From contig NC_052151.1 of the NCBI RefSeq assembly GCF_902713615.1, positions 104,057,304 through 104,121,303 on the forward strand: a stretch of DNA of 64,000 nucleotides. Reading direction: 5' to 3'. This stretch comes from Scyliorhinus canicula (taxonomy: Eukaryota). Each line of letters opens with the position of its first letter. Position 1 is the first letter of the stretch. The notes beneath the pieces are model-generated. The model ran no database searches and was not told the DNA's origin. It saw only the letters and a program-made list of their open reading frames with translations. This document shows positions 51,167 to 63,059 of the stretch, one piece after another. Both the position numbers and the translations under genes were made by a program.

Positions 51167-51769
51167 AAACTGCTAGTAGTTGAAGGAAAACATCCAGTTC
51201 AATGAGTAGAAATGATACTGATGCAAACTGGGAAAGTATATGTTCCAAAATTCAGTCTGCAGAATCCACATTCAACTCAAACATCAGCTTTTGTGCGAGA
51301 CCTTCAAATAAAGTTGTGAAAGCAGTTGATGCAGGAGGCAAATTCAACAATGTCACTGAGCCAAAAATTACATAGACATCAACATGGTTACTTCCTCATA
51401 TTTTTAAAGCTGAACAAAGACATCAAAAAGGCTGATGTGATATCTGCCTCGAACACTGAACAAATTGAACTTTCGGACTGTAACCCTGAATAATAGGAGC
51501 TAATCTGACATTGAAGAAATTTGCAAGAGGGCTCAGTCCAGATTTGAATACTTGTTTCTACTAGAACTTCTGTACAAACACATTCAAAACTAATTCAGCT
51601 ATTTTTAAACAAATATATTAACAGTCCAAAGATTTGCAGGTTAGGTGTGGTTATGGTGATAGGGCAGGGGAGTGGGCCGAGATAGGGTGCTTTTTCAGAA
51701 GATTGGTGCAAACCCAATGGGCTGAATGGCCTCCTTCTGCACTGTAGGAATTCTATGATTCATAGACTC

Positions 51770-53640
51770 TGACCTGCTCTGGAAGTCGCTGTATTTTCAT
51801 GCTAATCCTGTTCAGTTTCTGGTCAATGGTAAACCCCCCTCCCCCCCCCCCCCCCCCCCCTCCCCCCCAAGATGCTGATAGTGGGGGATTCAGAGATGGC
51901 AATGCCATTGAATGTCAAGGTGCGATGGTTAGAGATGGTTCTTGCCTGCCACTTGGTGGCATGAACGATACCTGACACTTGTCAGCCAAAGCCTGGATCT
52001 TGCCCTGGTCTTGCTGCATTTGGACATGGACTGCTTCAGTGTTTGGAAGTTGCAAGTGGTGAGCATTGTATAATCCTCAGCAAACACTCCACTTTGAACC
52101 TTATGATGGAATGAAAGGTCATTGATGAAGCAGCTGAAGATGGTTGGCCCGAGGACACTACCCTAAGGAATTCTTGCAATGACGTTCTGGAATGGAGATG
52201 ATGGATCAACAGCCACATACATGATGGAGGATATCCCAATGTGAGGACAGGACCACATTGTAGCCACCTAAGATGGACACTGGGCTACCAAAATGGAGAA
52301 CTGCTAAGGCTGCAGGGAGAAAAGTAAGGACAAGCAGTTTGCAGAAGGCTAATTAGCATTCTGCACGTACAAAAACCAGTTTATGGCCAGGTGCAGGATC
52401 TCAGCTTAAGGTGTAAATGGCAACAACAATTTGCATAGTAATGAGGTGATCCAGATCTGGGCCCACACAATAGAAACATTTGGGTTTGAATGGATACTTT
52501 GAGTGGACGCCCAGACGAAACGGCACCAGAAGTATCCTTCACAAAGGACCCTAGAGACCGCCCCACCCATCGAGAAGAGACCCTCAGATTGGGGGGTTTG
52601 GAAAATATCGATTGGGAGAAGATCCAATCGATATACAGCAGGTAGAGACCGCCCCGAAGAGGCACGGACTTTGGGGGGGACCTATAAAAGTAGACCCCGC
52701 ACATGGTCCGTTCTGTTTTGCTCCGGCTCCGCTGCTGTTTTGCTCCGGCTCTGTTGTTTGGCTCCGACTCTCTGCTGTCTTCATCGCTTTGCTGATACAT
52801 CGCATCCTGACTCCAGTTCCATTACCAGCCGTTGAGCATCAGCCATCGTTCAGTAAGTGCCAAAACAACGCTCGCTACGTGACCCAGGCATTGCTTATAC
52901 TCTAGCCGACTATTAGTGAACAGAAGGTGCAGTCCAGAAAGGAACAAAGGCCTGGTCCCCTGACCTTGCTGGTTACTACTTAGATAAGTATTTAGTCGTT
53001 TAATAGTAGAAATAAGTATTAGTCTTTAGCGTATGCATGCGTATTTATTATATTGGTTATAATAAATATCAATCGTTTGAACTTACTAATCGGTGTACAG
53101 TTTTATTACTTTGAACCTGACCTTGATATACTTGTGAGGTGTCTAAATACGGCACCTGGTGACTCCAAGCAGAATTACATACACAGAGCTGTAGTAGTGT
53201 TAAGCACACGGTCTTTAAACGGAGGCGTGTTAATACACTCCAATAAACGCGTAATACACTCAAGTAAAACGTGCAACAACATCTCCACAAGCGCTATGTG
53301 GGCACTCCTGCACATACCATCAGAGACAGATGTAGCTGCAGCAGGCAGTGTGGTGAAGATGAGGTCATGTATATTTTTCCCTCTGGTTGGTTCCCTCACC
53401 ATTTGCAACCAGTCTAGCAGCTATGTTATTTGGGGCCTAGCTAGCTTGGTCTGTCGTGCTTCTGAGCCACTCCGATTCCCCAGAATACATTTTTGCCAGC
53501 CTGATTTGATCAACTGTAGGTTGGACGGTGTGGGGAAGAGAGGAGAGGGGGCACAACGGTAATCAGGTGGTTTCCTTGCTCATGCTTGACTTGCTGCCAT
53601 GAAAATTCATGGACGGCAGAGTCGATGTTGGGCAACAGTC
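51770..53640 (-). mobile_element. Old L2/CR1-group LINE fragments split by a solo LTR
   Basis: Minus strand ttccttagggtagtgtcctcgggccaaccatcttcagctgcttcatcaatgacc (P.GSVLGP.IFSCFIND); VREPTRGKNIHDLIFT...SAHIALVE. Confidence 0.65.
52259..53278 (+). mobile_element. Solo LTR (TGTAGCCA...GCAACA family), 1020 bp
   Basis: TGTAGCCACCTAAGATGG...TATAAAAG...AATAAA...GTGCAACA; perfect 4-bp TSD ACAT (52255-52258, 53279-53282). Confidence 0.9.
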
Positions 53641-53806
53641 TGGTTTAGTCTCAGACAGTTGCAAGAGGGAGGATAGAGCCAGCAGATGAAGAATGAATTT
53701 AGGAGCAGAGTCCAAAATCAATGGCTTCAGTCTTCCCAATATTAATTTTTTGGAAATCTCTGCTCATTCAGTTTCGGATGTCAGGTATGCAGTCTGTTAA
53801 TTTAAC

Positions 53807-53921
53807 CATGTGGAGATGCCGGCATTGGACTGGGGTGAGTACAGTAAGAAGTCTTACAACACCAGGTTAAAGTCCAACATGTTTGTTTCAAGCTTTCGGA
53901 GCACTGCTCCTTCCTCAGGTG
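53807..53921 (-). mobile_element. Single-arm Penelope-derived pLTR unit beginning at the hammerhead motif
   Basis: Minus strand CACCTGAGGAAGGAGCAGTGCTCCGAAAGCTTGAAAC...CATCTCCACATG; direct repeat taatttaac at 53798-53806 and 53923-53931. Confidence 0.8.
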
Positions 53922-55094
53922 CTAATTTAACAACAGTGCAAGAGTTAAGACAGGTAGAGGGGAGGTAGAGCCGAGTTTCGTCTGCTTAAATGGGAAAACA
54001 AATTCTTTGCTTTCGAATAATTTTGCCGTGTTTATCAGCAGTAGTGCTCAATTTATTATTCTGCCAATTTCATTATTCTTGCTTTAACATGAAATGTCAA
54101 AGCTGCCCTAAATTTGTATTTGCAATGAAGAGGATGCGATTACCAATTTCTAGTATTTATTCAATCTGTTGTTTCCATGGTAGGAGAGAGAGAGAGAAAA
54201 TAAAGCTGGGGGCAACACTCAAAACTATGTAGTCCCTCATTCAAGTTGCCTTTAATGAGCTACATATATGCCTTTATAAATAGTAGCATGTACACACTTC
54301 AAGTCCAAGGAGAGATAAAAGCACTAGGCACTATCATCTACGACATAAACACTGCGGTCAGAAGCAAACATCAAATTTCTGCCCACAGCCAGTAGCCATC
54401 AGGGAAAGTCCAAGTATCATCAATTAAAAGCGTTCTCAGTGGTAAGGGCTTGGAAACGGTTTCAGACAGTCAAAGTGAAATCTCAATCTGTTCGGAATTC
54501 ACTGATCTCAGCCAATATAGCAATTGGCTTCAATCCCTTGGAACCCATTTTTTTTTGCCTGTTTGATCTACTAGCTGGAGGAAAAGAAAGACTGTATTAT
54601 GATCCTATTACTTGCAAGTAAAGTAATGCAGCCACATTCTGTGGTCAACTACTTCCCATGAATTAAAGGACTCTGCAGTATGTTAACTTAATTCCAAGCT
54701 GAGATTCAAACCTACACATTCCAAGAAACCTCTCAGCTGTCGGAGAAGATATTAGGCAAGCTTGGCAAAAGCAAAAGATATTTTAAAAAAGGAGAGGGAG
54801 TTGGAGAATCTCAGAGAATAAATTCTAGTGATTAAGCCTGAACATCTGAAATTATGTCAAACGGTCAGAGGACCACAGAGTTATCTTGTGTTGAAGAGCA
54901 GAGATAGGATGGGGCAAGTCCATGAGGGAGTTTAAACTCAAAAGAATTTTAAATTTGGGGTGTTAAAAGGATCTGGTCAGATGCTGAATTAATGACTTTC
55001 TGAATGTGACATTATTACAAAGAATAGTGTCTCGCCCTTCAAACTATGCAATGGTGTTGAAAACCTGAAATTTCCTGTCTAAATGGTACTGAGG

Positions 55095-55960
55095 TGGTGC
55101 TGAGAGTAGGAGGAGGAGGGGGGAAGGTTTCAGAGATACACAAGGAGCTGATGGAGGGAGAGGGGGCCCCGATAGGGGAGGTGAAAAGAAAGTGTGAAGA
55201 AGAGCTAGGTGGGGAGTTGGCGGCCAGATTATGGGAGGAGGCCCTGAGGCAAGTCAATGCATCCTCGTTGTGTGCCAGGCTTAGCCTGATACAGTTTAAG
55301 GTGGTCCATAGGGCACACATGACTGTGGCCTATGGACCAGGATGAGCAGGTTTTTTGAGGGGGTGGAGGATAGGTGTGGGTGCTATGCAGGGAGTCCTGT
55401 GAACCATGTCCATATGTTTTGGGCATGCCTGAGGCTGAGGGGTCTCTGGCAGGGGTTTGCTGACATCATGTCAGAAGTAATAAAAATGAGGGTAGTTCCG
55501 AGTCCAGAGGTGGCAATCTTTGGCGTGTCGGTAGACCCGGGAGCCCAGGGGGTGAGAGAGGCCGATGTCCTGGCCTTTGCCTCCCTGGTGGCCCAGAGAT
55601 GGATCCTACTAGGATGGAGGGACACGGAGCCCCCAAAGTTGAGGATATGGGTTAGCGACAAGGCGGGATTTCTCAGACTCGAGAAAATCAAATTTGCCTC
55701 GAGGGGATCGCTGTAGGGGTTTGCCCGGAGTTGGCAGACGTTCATCAACTTCTTCGAGAAAAAGTAAGTTGCAGGTTGGGGGGGGGGGCTAGTGTAAGAT
55801 CAAGAAAAACTGTGGAAACGGGGGCTGGGGAAGGAGGTCCTGTTTATGTAAAAGGGGGGGGGGGGGGGGGGGGAAGGGTTGGTTATATTGTTTTATTCTT
55901 CTTGTTACCAGATATAATTGTTAGAATTATAAATGCCGCAATAAAATATATTCTAAAAAA
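55095..55960 (+). mobile_element. L1-clade 3' fragment (ORF2 C-terminus, 3'UTR, A-tail)
   Basis: LWEEALRQVNASSLCARLSLIQFKVVHRAH; NHVHMFWAC; FLRLEKIKF; aataaaatatattctaaaaaa. Confidence 0.9.
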
Positions 55961-56857
55961 TGATAAGCAGGGACAGACAAAAGACCAGACATTTCAATAC
56001 CGCATATCCCACCAGCCCCCCTGTCCCCCACCCCCACAAATGAATATTGCATCTGAACCGTCTCTTTATAGCAATAATGCCCCATCCTAGTGATTAAGAC
56101 CATAGATCATAAGAGATAGAAGGAGGTCATTTACTCCATCAAGCCTGCTCTTTGACTGAATAAGATCATGGTTTATCTGATCAGGTTATGACTTCTAACT
56201 GTTTTTTTGCCTGCCTCCCATATCCCTCAACAGCAGATCAAAAATGACTGTCTAACTCAAACTTGCACACATTCAATAACTCAGTCTTCGCTGGTCTCTG
56301 TGGGAGAAATTTCTAAAGACTAATAACCCTCATTTCCATCTTAAACCTAGTCCCTGCCTTTAGACTCCCCCCAAGAGGGGATACATCCTTTCATCATCGA
56401 CCCTGGCAAGTCCCCTCAGCATTTCGTATTTTTCGATAAGATAATTTTTCTTTCTTCTGAACAAGGCTCAACTTGTTCATTCTTTGTTCATAAAACAACT
56501 TTTCATCCAAGGAATTAGCCCAGTGAACCTTCTCCGAACTGCTTCCAGAGAAGCATATTCCTCCTTCGGTAAGGAGGCCAAAACTGCACCCACTACAATC
56601 TCACCAATGCCCATTACAGTTGTGGAAAGACATCCCTACTTTTGTACTCCATGCCCCTTGCAATGAAAGCCAACATTCTATTTGTTTTCCCACTTGCTGC
56701 ACCTGCATGCAAAGCTTTTGTGGTTCATACGAGGGCACTCTGCTCCCTCTATACCGAAGCATTTTGAAGTTTTGCTCCATTTTAATAATATTCTGCTCAT
56801 CAATTACATCTGCCAGTGGACAAGCTCAAGCTCACGTTTTCCCATAATATACTCCAG

Positions 56858-57068
56858 AGGGTGGCACAGTGGCTAGCACTGCTGCCTCACGACGCCGAGG
56901 ACCTGGTTCAATCCCGGCTCTGGTTCACTGTCCGTGTGGAATTTGGACATTCTCCCAGTGTCTGCGTGGGTCACACCCCCACAACCCAAAATGCGCAGGG
57001 TAGGTGGATTTGTCATGCTAAATTGCCCCTTAATCGAGGGGGAAAGAAATTAGAACTTTAAATTTGAA
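56858..57068 (+). mobile_element. HE1/V-SINE (A/T-tail subtype)
   Basis: 11-bp TSD aatatactcca on both sides. Confidence 0.85.
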
Positions 57069-57217
57069 AAATATACTCCATATTCCACATTTTTGCCCAC
57101 TCACTTAACCTATCTATAACCAATGACAGATTTATTTATTTTTTTCCAGCCTCCACACTGCTCATTTTCAAATCATCTTTGTTTTGTCAGCAGATTTGGC
57201 TATAATATAGCTGGTTC

Positions 57218-58088
57218 TGTAGCCATGTGGGATGGCCACTTTCGGTATACAAAAATTGACGCTCACAGAGACTCTAGGGAAATATGGGCAATACTAGGCA
57301 ACAAGCAGGCACAGAGCCTGAATGTATATTTGGAACGCAGTTTGCAGACCGAATCGAAACTCTGGGTCGATTAGCATATTGATGGACCATCTCCGAGGAA
57401 CAAAGGACGAACACTCAGATAGTTGATACTGTCGCAGACATCCTGACGCCAGTGCCCCAACCGAAAGACACAAAGCAAGGCCAACAGCCACCGAGGACAC
57501 ACCCAGTCATCAGGGCACCAACCCCTTTATTGGTTTAGATCGATGGCAATGATCAAGAAGCTGCACAATTAATTGGGACCAAGTCTAAGGCCCGCCTAAA
57601 AGCACACGCAGCCCCTCCAAATAATGGAAGGAACCCCCAACAAAGATTCGGCTTCTTGGATTTGGCTTCAAGCGGAGACCCCCATCCACCAGCATCACCA
57701 GAAGCAAGTAAGTTCAAGGTCAACGCTCACTACCAAACGGACGACATTAGCTGTTCTCCTGTTACCTCTTTGAACCCAACAGCCTCAGATCCGAACAACG
57801 GCCATTATTCCTCTGACTAAGTGGGCACCCGAAGTTAAGCATAGGCGTTAGCGATAGATAGTTTAGTTTGTAGTACTGTTGTGCATGAGTAGATGTTACT
57901 GTGCGTGTAAATAAATAGTATTGACTTTGAACTAACTAACTGGTGGATTGGCTCTTTGATCGGTATTTGGGTTGAACCTTGTGGCGGTATCGAGAAATAC
58001 CTGCCGACTCTGAAAGTATACACATAATTAGGATTAAGAAAGGTGACCGTATTGACTGCTATATTTATAGAAAGTAAACAGAGCAACA
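57218..58088 (+). mobile_element. Solo LTR (TGTAGCCA...GCAACA family), 871 bp
   Basis: TGTAGCCATGTGGGATGGCCAC...AATAAA...tacctgccgactct...GAGCAACA; interrupts CR1; TSD not preserved. Confidence 0.82.
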
Positions 58089-58209
58089 TTACTTTCATGC
58101 AAGTAATTAATATTTATTGTAAATAGTTGAGACACTTGCACTGATCTATATTACATCCCAGTAGTTAGTTTGCCACCCTGAAAATGATTCTTTTATCCGA
58201 ACTGTTTCT

Positions 58210-58945
58210 GATACCTGGTACCTCAGTGCCGTGCTAACCACTGCGCCACCGTGCTACTTCGAAAGGGAAGATTAATAATAATCTTTATTAATGTCACAAG
58301 TAGGCTTATATTAATGCTGCGATGAAGTTACTGTGAAAATCCCCGAATCGCCACACTCCAGCGCCTGTTCGGCTATACGGAGGGAGAATTCAGAATGCCC
58401 AATTCAGCTAACAAGCATGTCTTTCGGGGAAACCCACGCAGACACGGGGAGAATGTACAGACTCCGCACAGACAGTGACCCATCGGAATCGAACTGGGGT
58501 CCCTGGCACTGTGAATAATAATAATCTTTATTATTGTCACAAGTGAGGGCGGCATGTGATGCAGTCGTTGGTCCTGGACTGCGGCGCTGAGGATATGGGT
58601 TTGAATCCCGGCCCTGGGTCACTGTCCGTGTGGAGTTTGCACATTCTCCCCGTGTTTGCGTGGGTTTCACCCCCACAACCCAAAGATGTGCCGGTTAGGT
58701 GGATTGGCCTTGCTAAATTGAAAATGAAAATCGCTTATTGTCACAAGTAGACTTCAAATGAAGTTACTGTGAAAAGCCCCAAGTCGCCACATTCCGGCAC
58801 CTGCCCGGGGAGGCTGGTACGGGAATCGAACCGTGCTGCTGGCCTGCTTGGTCTGCTTTAAAAGCCAGCGATTTAGCCGAGTGAGCTAAACCAGCCCCTG
58901 CTAAAGCCCCTGCTAAACCAGCTAAATTGCCCCTTAATTGGAGAA
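58210..58945. mobile_element. SINE cluster: V-SINE head stub (minus), (TTA)n-tail SINE (minus, 58273-58513), V-SINE (plus, 58547-58945) containing a nested short SINE (minus, 58721-58920)
   Basis: Each piece matches other copies in the window; nested copy has TSD gctaaattg at 58712-58720 and 58921-58929. Confidence 0.85.
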
Positions 58946-58959
58946 AAGTGGCAGAGACA

Positions 58960-60710
58960 CAAAGTGTTTTCATTGGAATATAGCTGGACGTGTGAAATTG
59001 CAGTGTAGGCCAACTTAGGAACAGTGCTGGAAACAGACTCTGCAAAACTGGACAAGCTAGTAGGGTTCATTAAAGTGGGGAGAAAAACCACTGCCCCAGT
59101 GGAAGACGTGCCATAGAGTGTACAAACTGTTCAGAGGCTGGTGGATAAGCAGATATCGGAACTTAAGAATTTTATTTGAGAGGGTAAAGTTTACTCATGT
59201 GTACAAGGTGGAGTAGCTGAGGAGATTAAGATCTTATGGAATACAGGAGCAAGTCAATTTTTAGTGGTGAGAGACAAAAGAGATATGTGATTTAGAAGGC
59301 ACATTATCACATGTGGGATTGCTGGTGAGAGCAGTAGTGTGCCACGATGTATGGTAAGGTTAGAAAGCCCATTGAAAAGTGGTGAAGTGGCAGGAGTAAT
59401 AGAAGAAATACCATTGCCAGAGGTACAATTTTTCATGGTTGTGATACAGCTGAATCACAGGTAGGAGTGCAGCCTACTATGGTTGAATAGCCAGTGGAAT
59501 AATACCAGGACTACTTGGACAGGACAAATGCAAAAAATGTCTGAACGAAAATGTGATTGCTAATGCCCGACTCTGGTTTGGGAAAAGACTACAATGGACT
59601 ATATTCATGTGATATTTGCCGGTTTAAAAATGAAAAAATGGCATATACTGTATAGAATGTAAACTGTATGTAATCTTAAGAAATATTTAAAATTGAAACG
59701 GGTTCAGAAATAAAGCCATCTGTGGATATTGATATATTGATCTCTGGGGAGGTGTGACGCAAGGAAGATATTAGGAATCTGGGTCCAGAAATGAGACCCC
59801 AATGTACCAGGCAATTTAGGGTTTAACAAACTGATGGGGGGGGGGGGGGGGGGGGGGGACTGCTAGCACAGAGTCAGAGGGATATGCCCACACCTGGCTG
59901 AGTTACATCGCCCCAGTCAGGTGTAAACACGTTTGTGGGAATACACAAGGAGCCCAGATCCATTCTTCTTCAGGACAGTTCTGTCTGTCCAGCTATTAGC
60001 CGATTATAGAGTCTGATGGCCTCTTTATCCTGCAATGGGAGGTTAGTTCCATATCAATAGCAGAGCTCTGTTCTTTTGAATAAAAGGGAGTGGGTAATTA
60101 AACAGGCAAGATAATGCTGTTGGGTTTAAGCATGGAAACCCCAGCAGAAAACCTTTGTTTGAGGGGATGGGTGGAGCTTGGGGAAAGGGAGAGAAATAAT
60201 GCTGTTCTGAAAGTTACTGGGGAAAAGGTTTTGGAAATCAACTAAGAGAAGTCATGAAAGTTACACAGGAGATGGCTTTGGAAATCGACTGGGCAAGGTC
60301 ATGAAAGTTGCCACCAAGGCATGTTTATGGAAAAGGGTTCTGAACCAATGTACCTGACAGAAGAAAAATTACTTTGTAAAAGCAAGTATTGACTTTGTCT
60401 GCTAGTGTAAGTGGCTTGAGACCTGCATGTTCTGTAAAGTGCTGTTTAATGGGAACTAGTGTGTTCAGGTTAAGAAACTGCATGTAATCTGTTACCGTTA
60501 GGGTTGAAGTTTAAAGGTTTAAATATTGCTTTTTTTTCTTTTGTTTTAATAAAGTTTGTTTATAAAATAACCAAGTTCTATTTCTTATATTTTCGCTCCT
60601 GGAACAAATTAATCTTTCTGCACCGTCTTAAAACTTTAAAAAAGAGTTACGATTCTGATTCAGTCCCTTAGCTCCTGTTGAGAGCTAATGGGAAGAATCA
60701 TCAGAACAGG
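58960..60710 (+). mobile_element. Decayed Gypsy-like LTR retrotransposon: protease remnant, PPT and 3' LTR
   Basis: 59225-59266 IKILWNTGASQFLV resembles the (L)RDTGASQ aspartic protease motif; ggggagg immediately before TGTGAC at 59753; downstream AATAAA. Confidence 0.55.
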
Positions 60711-61774
60711 CTTCTGCTGTTGGCGAATTCATGAAACTCTCCAAAAACGAAGGGATTTGCTTGTGGGCAGCCATTCAAAGTTACAACTCAGCAAAATGCG
60801 GATTTGGAATCCCATTGGAAGCTGAGAGAATCGGTGGACAGTTTGATTTAAGAACTGTAACTCTCTGGAGTGTGTGATATGCAATTAGTATAAAAGGAGA
60901 ATGTTTCTCTCTGTAGTTTAAAATTGACTACACAAAGAAAATAGTTTAGCGAAAAGTGCTTTTACTCATTTGTTACAGTACAAGTTTTAAAACAGGAAAT
61001 CTTGTGTCATTCCTTCAGCAAGTAACTACGATTTCTTTAGAAGTTATCTCTGGAGTCTCTGTGGGCATCACAACAGTATCTAAAATGATGAGTCCAAAAA
61101 TTTATTTGCAGGCAAACTGACTGACCTATGATTACCTGGGTTATTCTTCTTTCCTTGTTAAATCAAGACAGGACTTCAGACACTTTCCAGACCTACCACA
61201 TTTAACTACAGTTTTTGGAATTCCTATGTCAAATTGAGGAAAGTTGAAGGGCGACATAATACTGCTTTCCATTCTGCCCTAGGATGTGCACGATCCCATC
61301 ACTCCAGAGTGGTTTTGAACCCCCAGAGTCCACAAGTGAAAAGCCAAAGACTGTTTTCCATAGTGTCACCTAGTGTCCGCATTAATCTGTAATTTCATGC
61401 ATTATCACTACTTTTTATTTAACAGTCTACTTATTGCGAAACAATTCTATAATATGGGCTATATTCTAATTTCAGAGATGGGAGTCTTGCATGTCAAAAG
61501 CAAGAAGGTTGAAGATTACCCAAGTAAAAAAAATCAATAATTGACAAAGGAAACTATGACAGAGCCATAAAAGGGGAGGACAATAGAAAAGAAAATTACA
61601 TGGCAAACTAATCATACAAATCCTCTTAAATCAAGATTAATTGCTTACATTAAAAAGTGAAATTGGAAGGGAGGTCACGTCCAAATTTTACTTGTTAGTG
61701 TTGCGAACTTTAACTTGTGTTGTGAACTTTAACTTTTTTAATTGCAATGGTGTTTGCATTTCTTGTGTTCTTTA

Positions 61775-62312
61775 AAAAAAAGAGAACTTGCATTTCCATA
61801 GAGCCATTTACAATCTCAGAATATTCCAAAGTACTTCACAGTGAATAAAGTGTTGTCACTGGCACAATATGGGAAACAAAAGAGCCAATGTGCACAAAGC
61901 AAGTTCTTACAAAGAGAGATGATGAGCATTCATTCCGATTTAGTGTTCTTGGTTGAGGAAAACATATGGGACCATGAACTGGATTCAATTTGAATTGTTT
62001 TTTGGAGCAGGTGAGGAGCTGGATTAGGGGTTTGCCCCTGTCCACAATCTGAGCTGTGGTTTTGTAACTATGATAAAGTCATTATTTTTTTTAAACATAT
62101 CCCCTTCTTCTGAGTGCCATGAGACATTTCAGGTTCACCTGAGGGGGCAAATGGGGCCCTGATTTAGCAATTCATCTCAAAGGTGCACACCACCTCTGAC
62201 AGTGCAGCATACAGTTAGTACTGCAACATAGTGTGAGTCTCGATTATATGCCCCAAGTCTCTGGAGTGGGACCTGAATCCAGAACCTTAAGACTCAAGAA
62301 GTGACACTGCTA
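61775..62312 (-). mobile_element. SacSINE1-like Deu-SINE, old
   Basis: agtgccatgagacatt...cacctgag...cacctctgacagtgcagca...ctctggagtgggacctgaatcc is the reverse complement of the tRNA head plus Deu core; tail aacttgcatt...caaagtacttcacag. Confidence 0.7.
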
Positions 62313-63059
62313 TTGTTAAGGCTGGGCTAAAGTGTGCTGATTAATTATTACATAAGCGCCGATTTTAAAATAGGCCATATAACCAAGGCCAAATTTATCT
62401 TGCTTCGAATTGGATTCATTATGCTTCTACATAACAGAAGCAAATTAATATGGAAGGAGACGCTTTAGAGATTTTAATTCGAACAATTGATTCTAATAAC
62501 TTAAATGCTACATGACAATCCACATTAGTACAACCTGAAATTCAACTGTAGAGTATACTACGTAATCCAAACCTCATGTCAGTCCAATTATAATAAACAT
62601 CTAGGAATATATGCAGCCACTTGCGTGGTAATCCTATTACATGCACTTTGTGGTGGACATCTGCTATATACATAGGTGGGAAAATGATGAGGCGATGTGC
62701 AAGACTGCAAACTCAAAAAAGATTCCAACAACCTTGCAATATCTGAACAGGCTTTTCTTCAAAGTGGATTCAGAGCTCAACATTAAGGAAAGAAGTAAAT
62801 GATATTGGGCAAAGTCCTGATAGAGATCTCAAGCAAAGGTTTTGAAACTTCTGTACTGAAGAGATATTCTGTGACTTAAGTCTCATCTGACAGTTACTTA
62901 GTTATCAAATTACACATGTTTACAAAAACTCAGAAACTCTAAAATCCAACCGAGAACAGTGTCCCCTTCTTTCCTCCAATCAAACACACAAAACAGATTC
63001 ATTTTTAAAATATTGAACATATATTTTCTAATACTGTTCAAATGGAGAAGTTGAGCTCA

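Larger units (their letters stand above)
56095..58200 (-). mobile_element. Old CR1 3' region split by a V-SINE and a solo LTR
   Basis: taagaccatagatcataagagatagaagg tail; cagtgaaccttctccgaactgc; ttttgtcagcagatttggc...attgtaaatagttgag. Confidence 0.7.
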
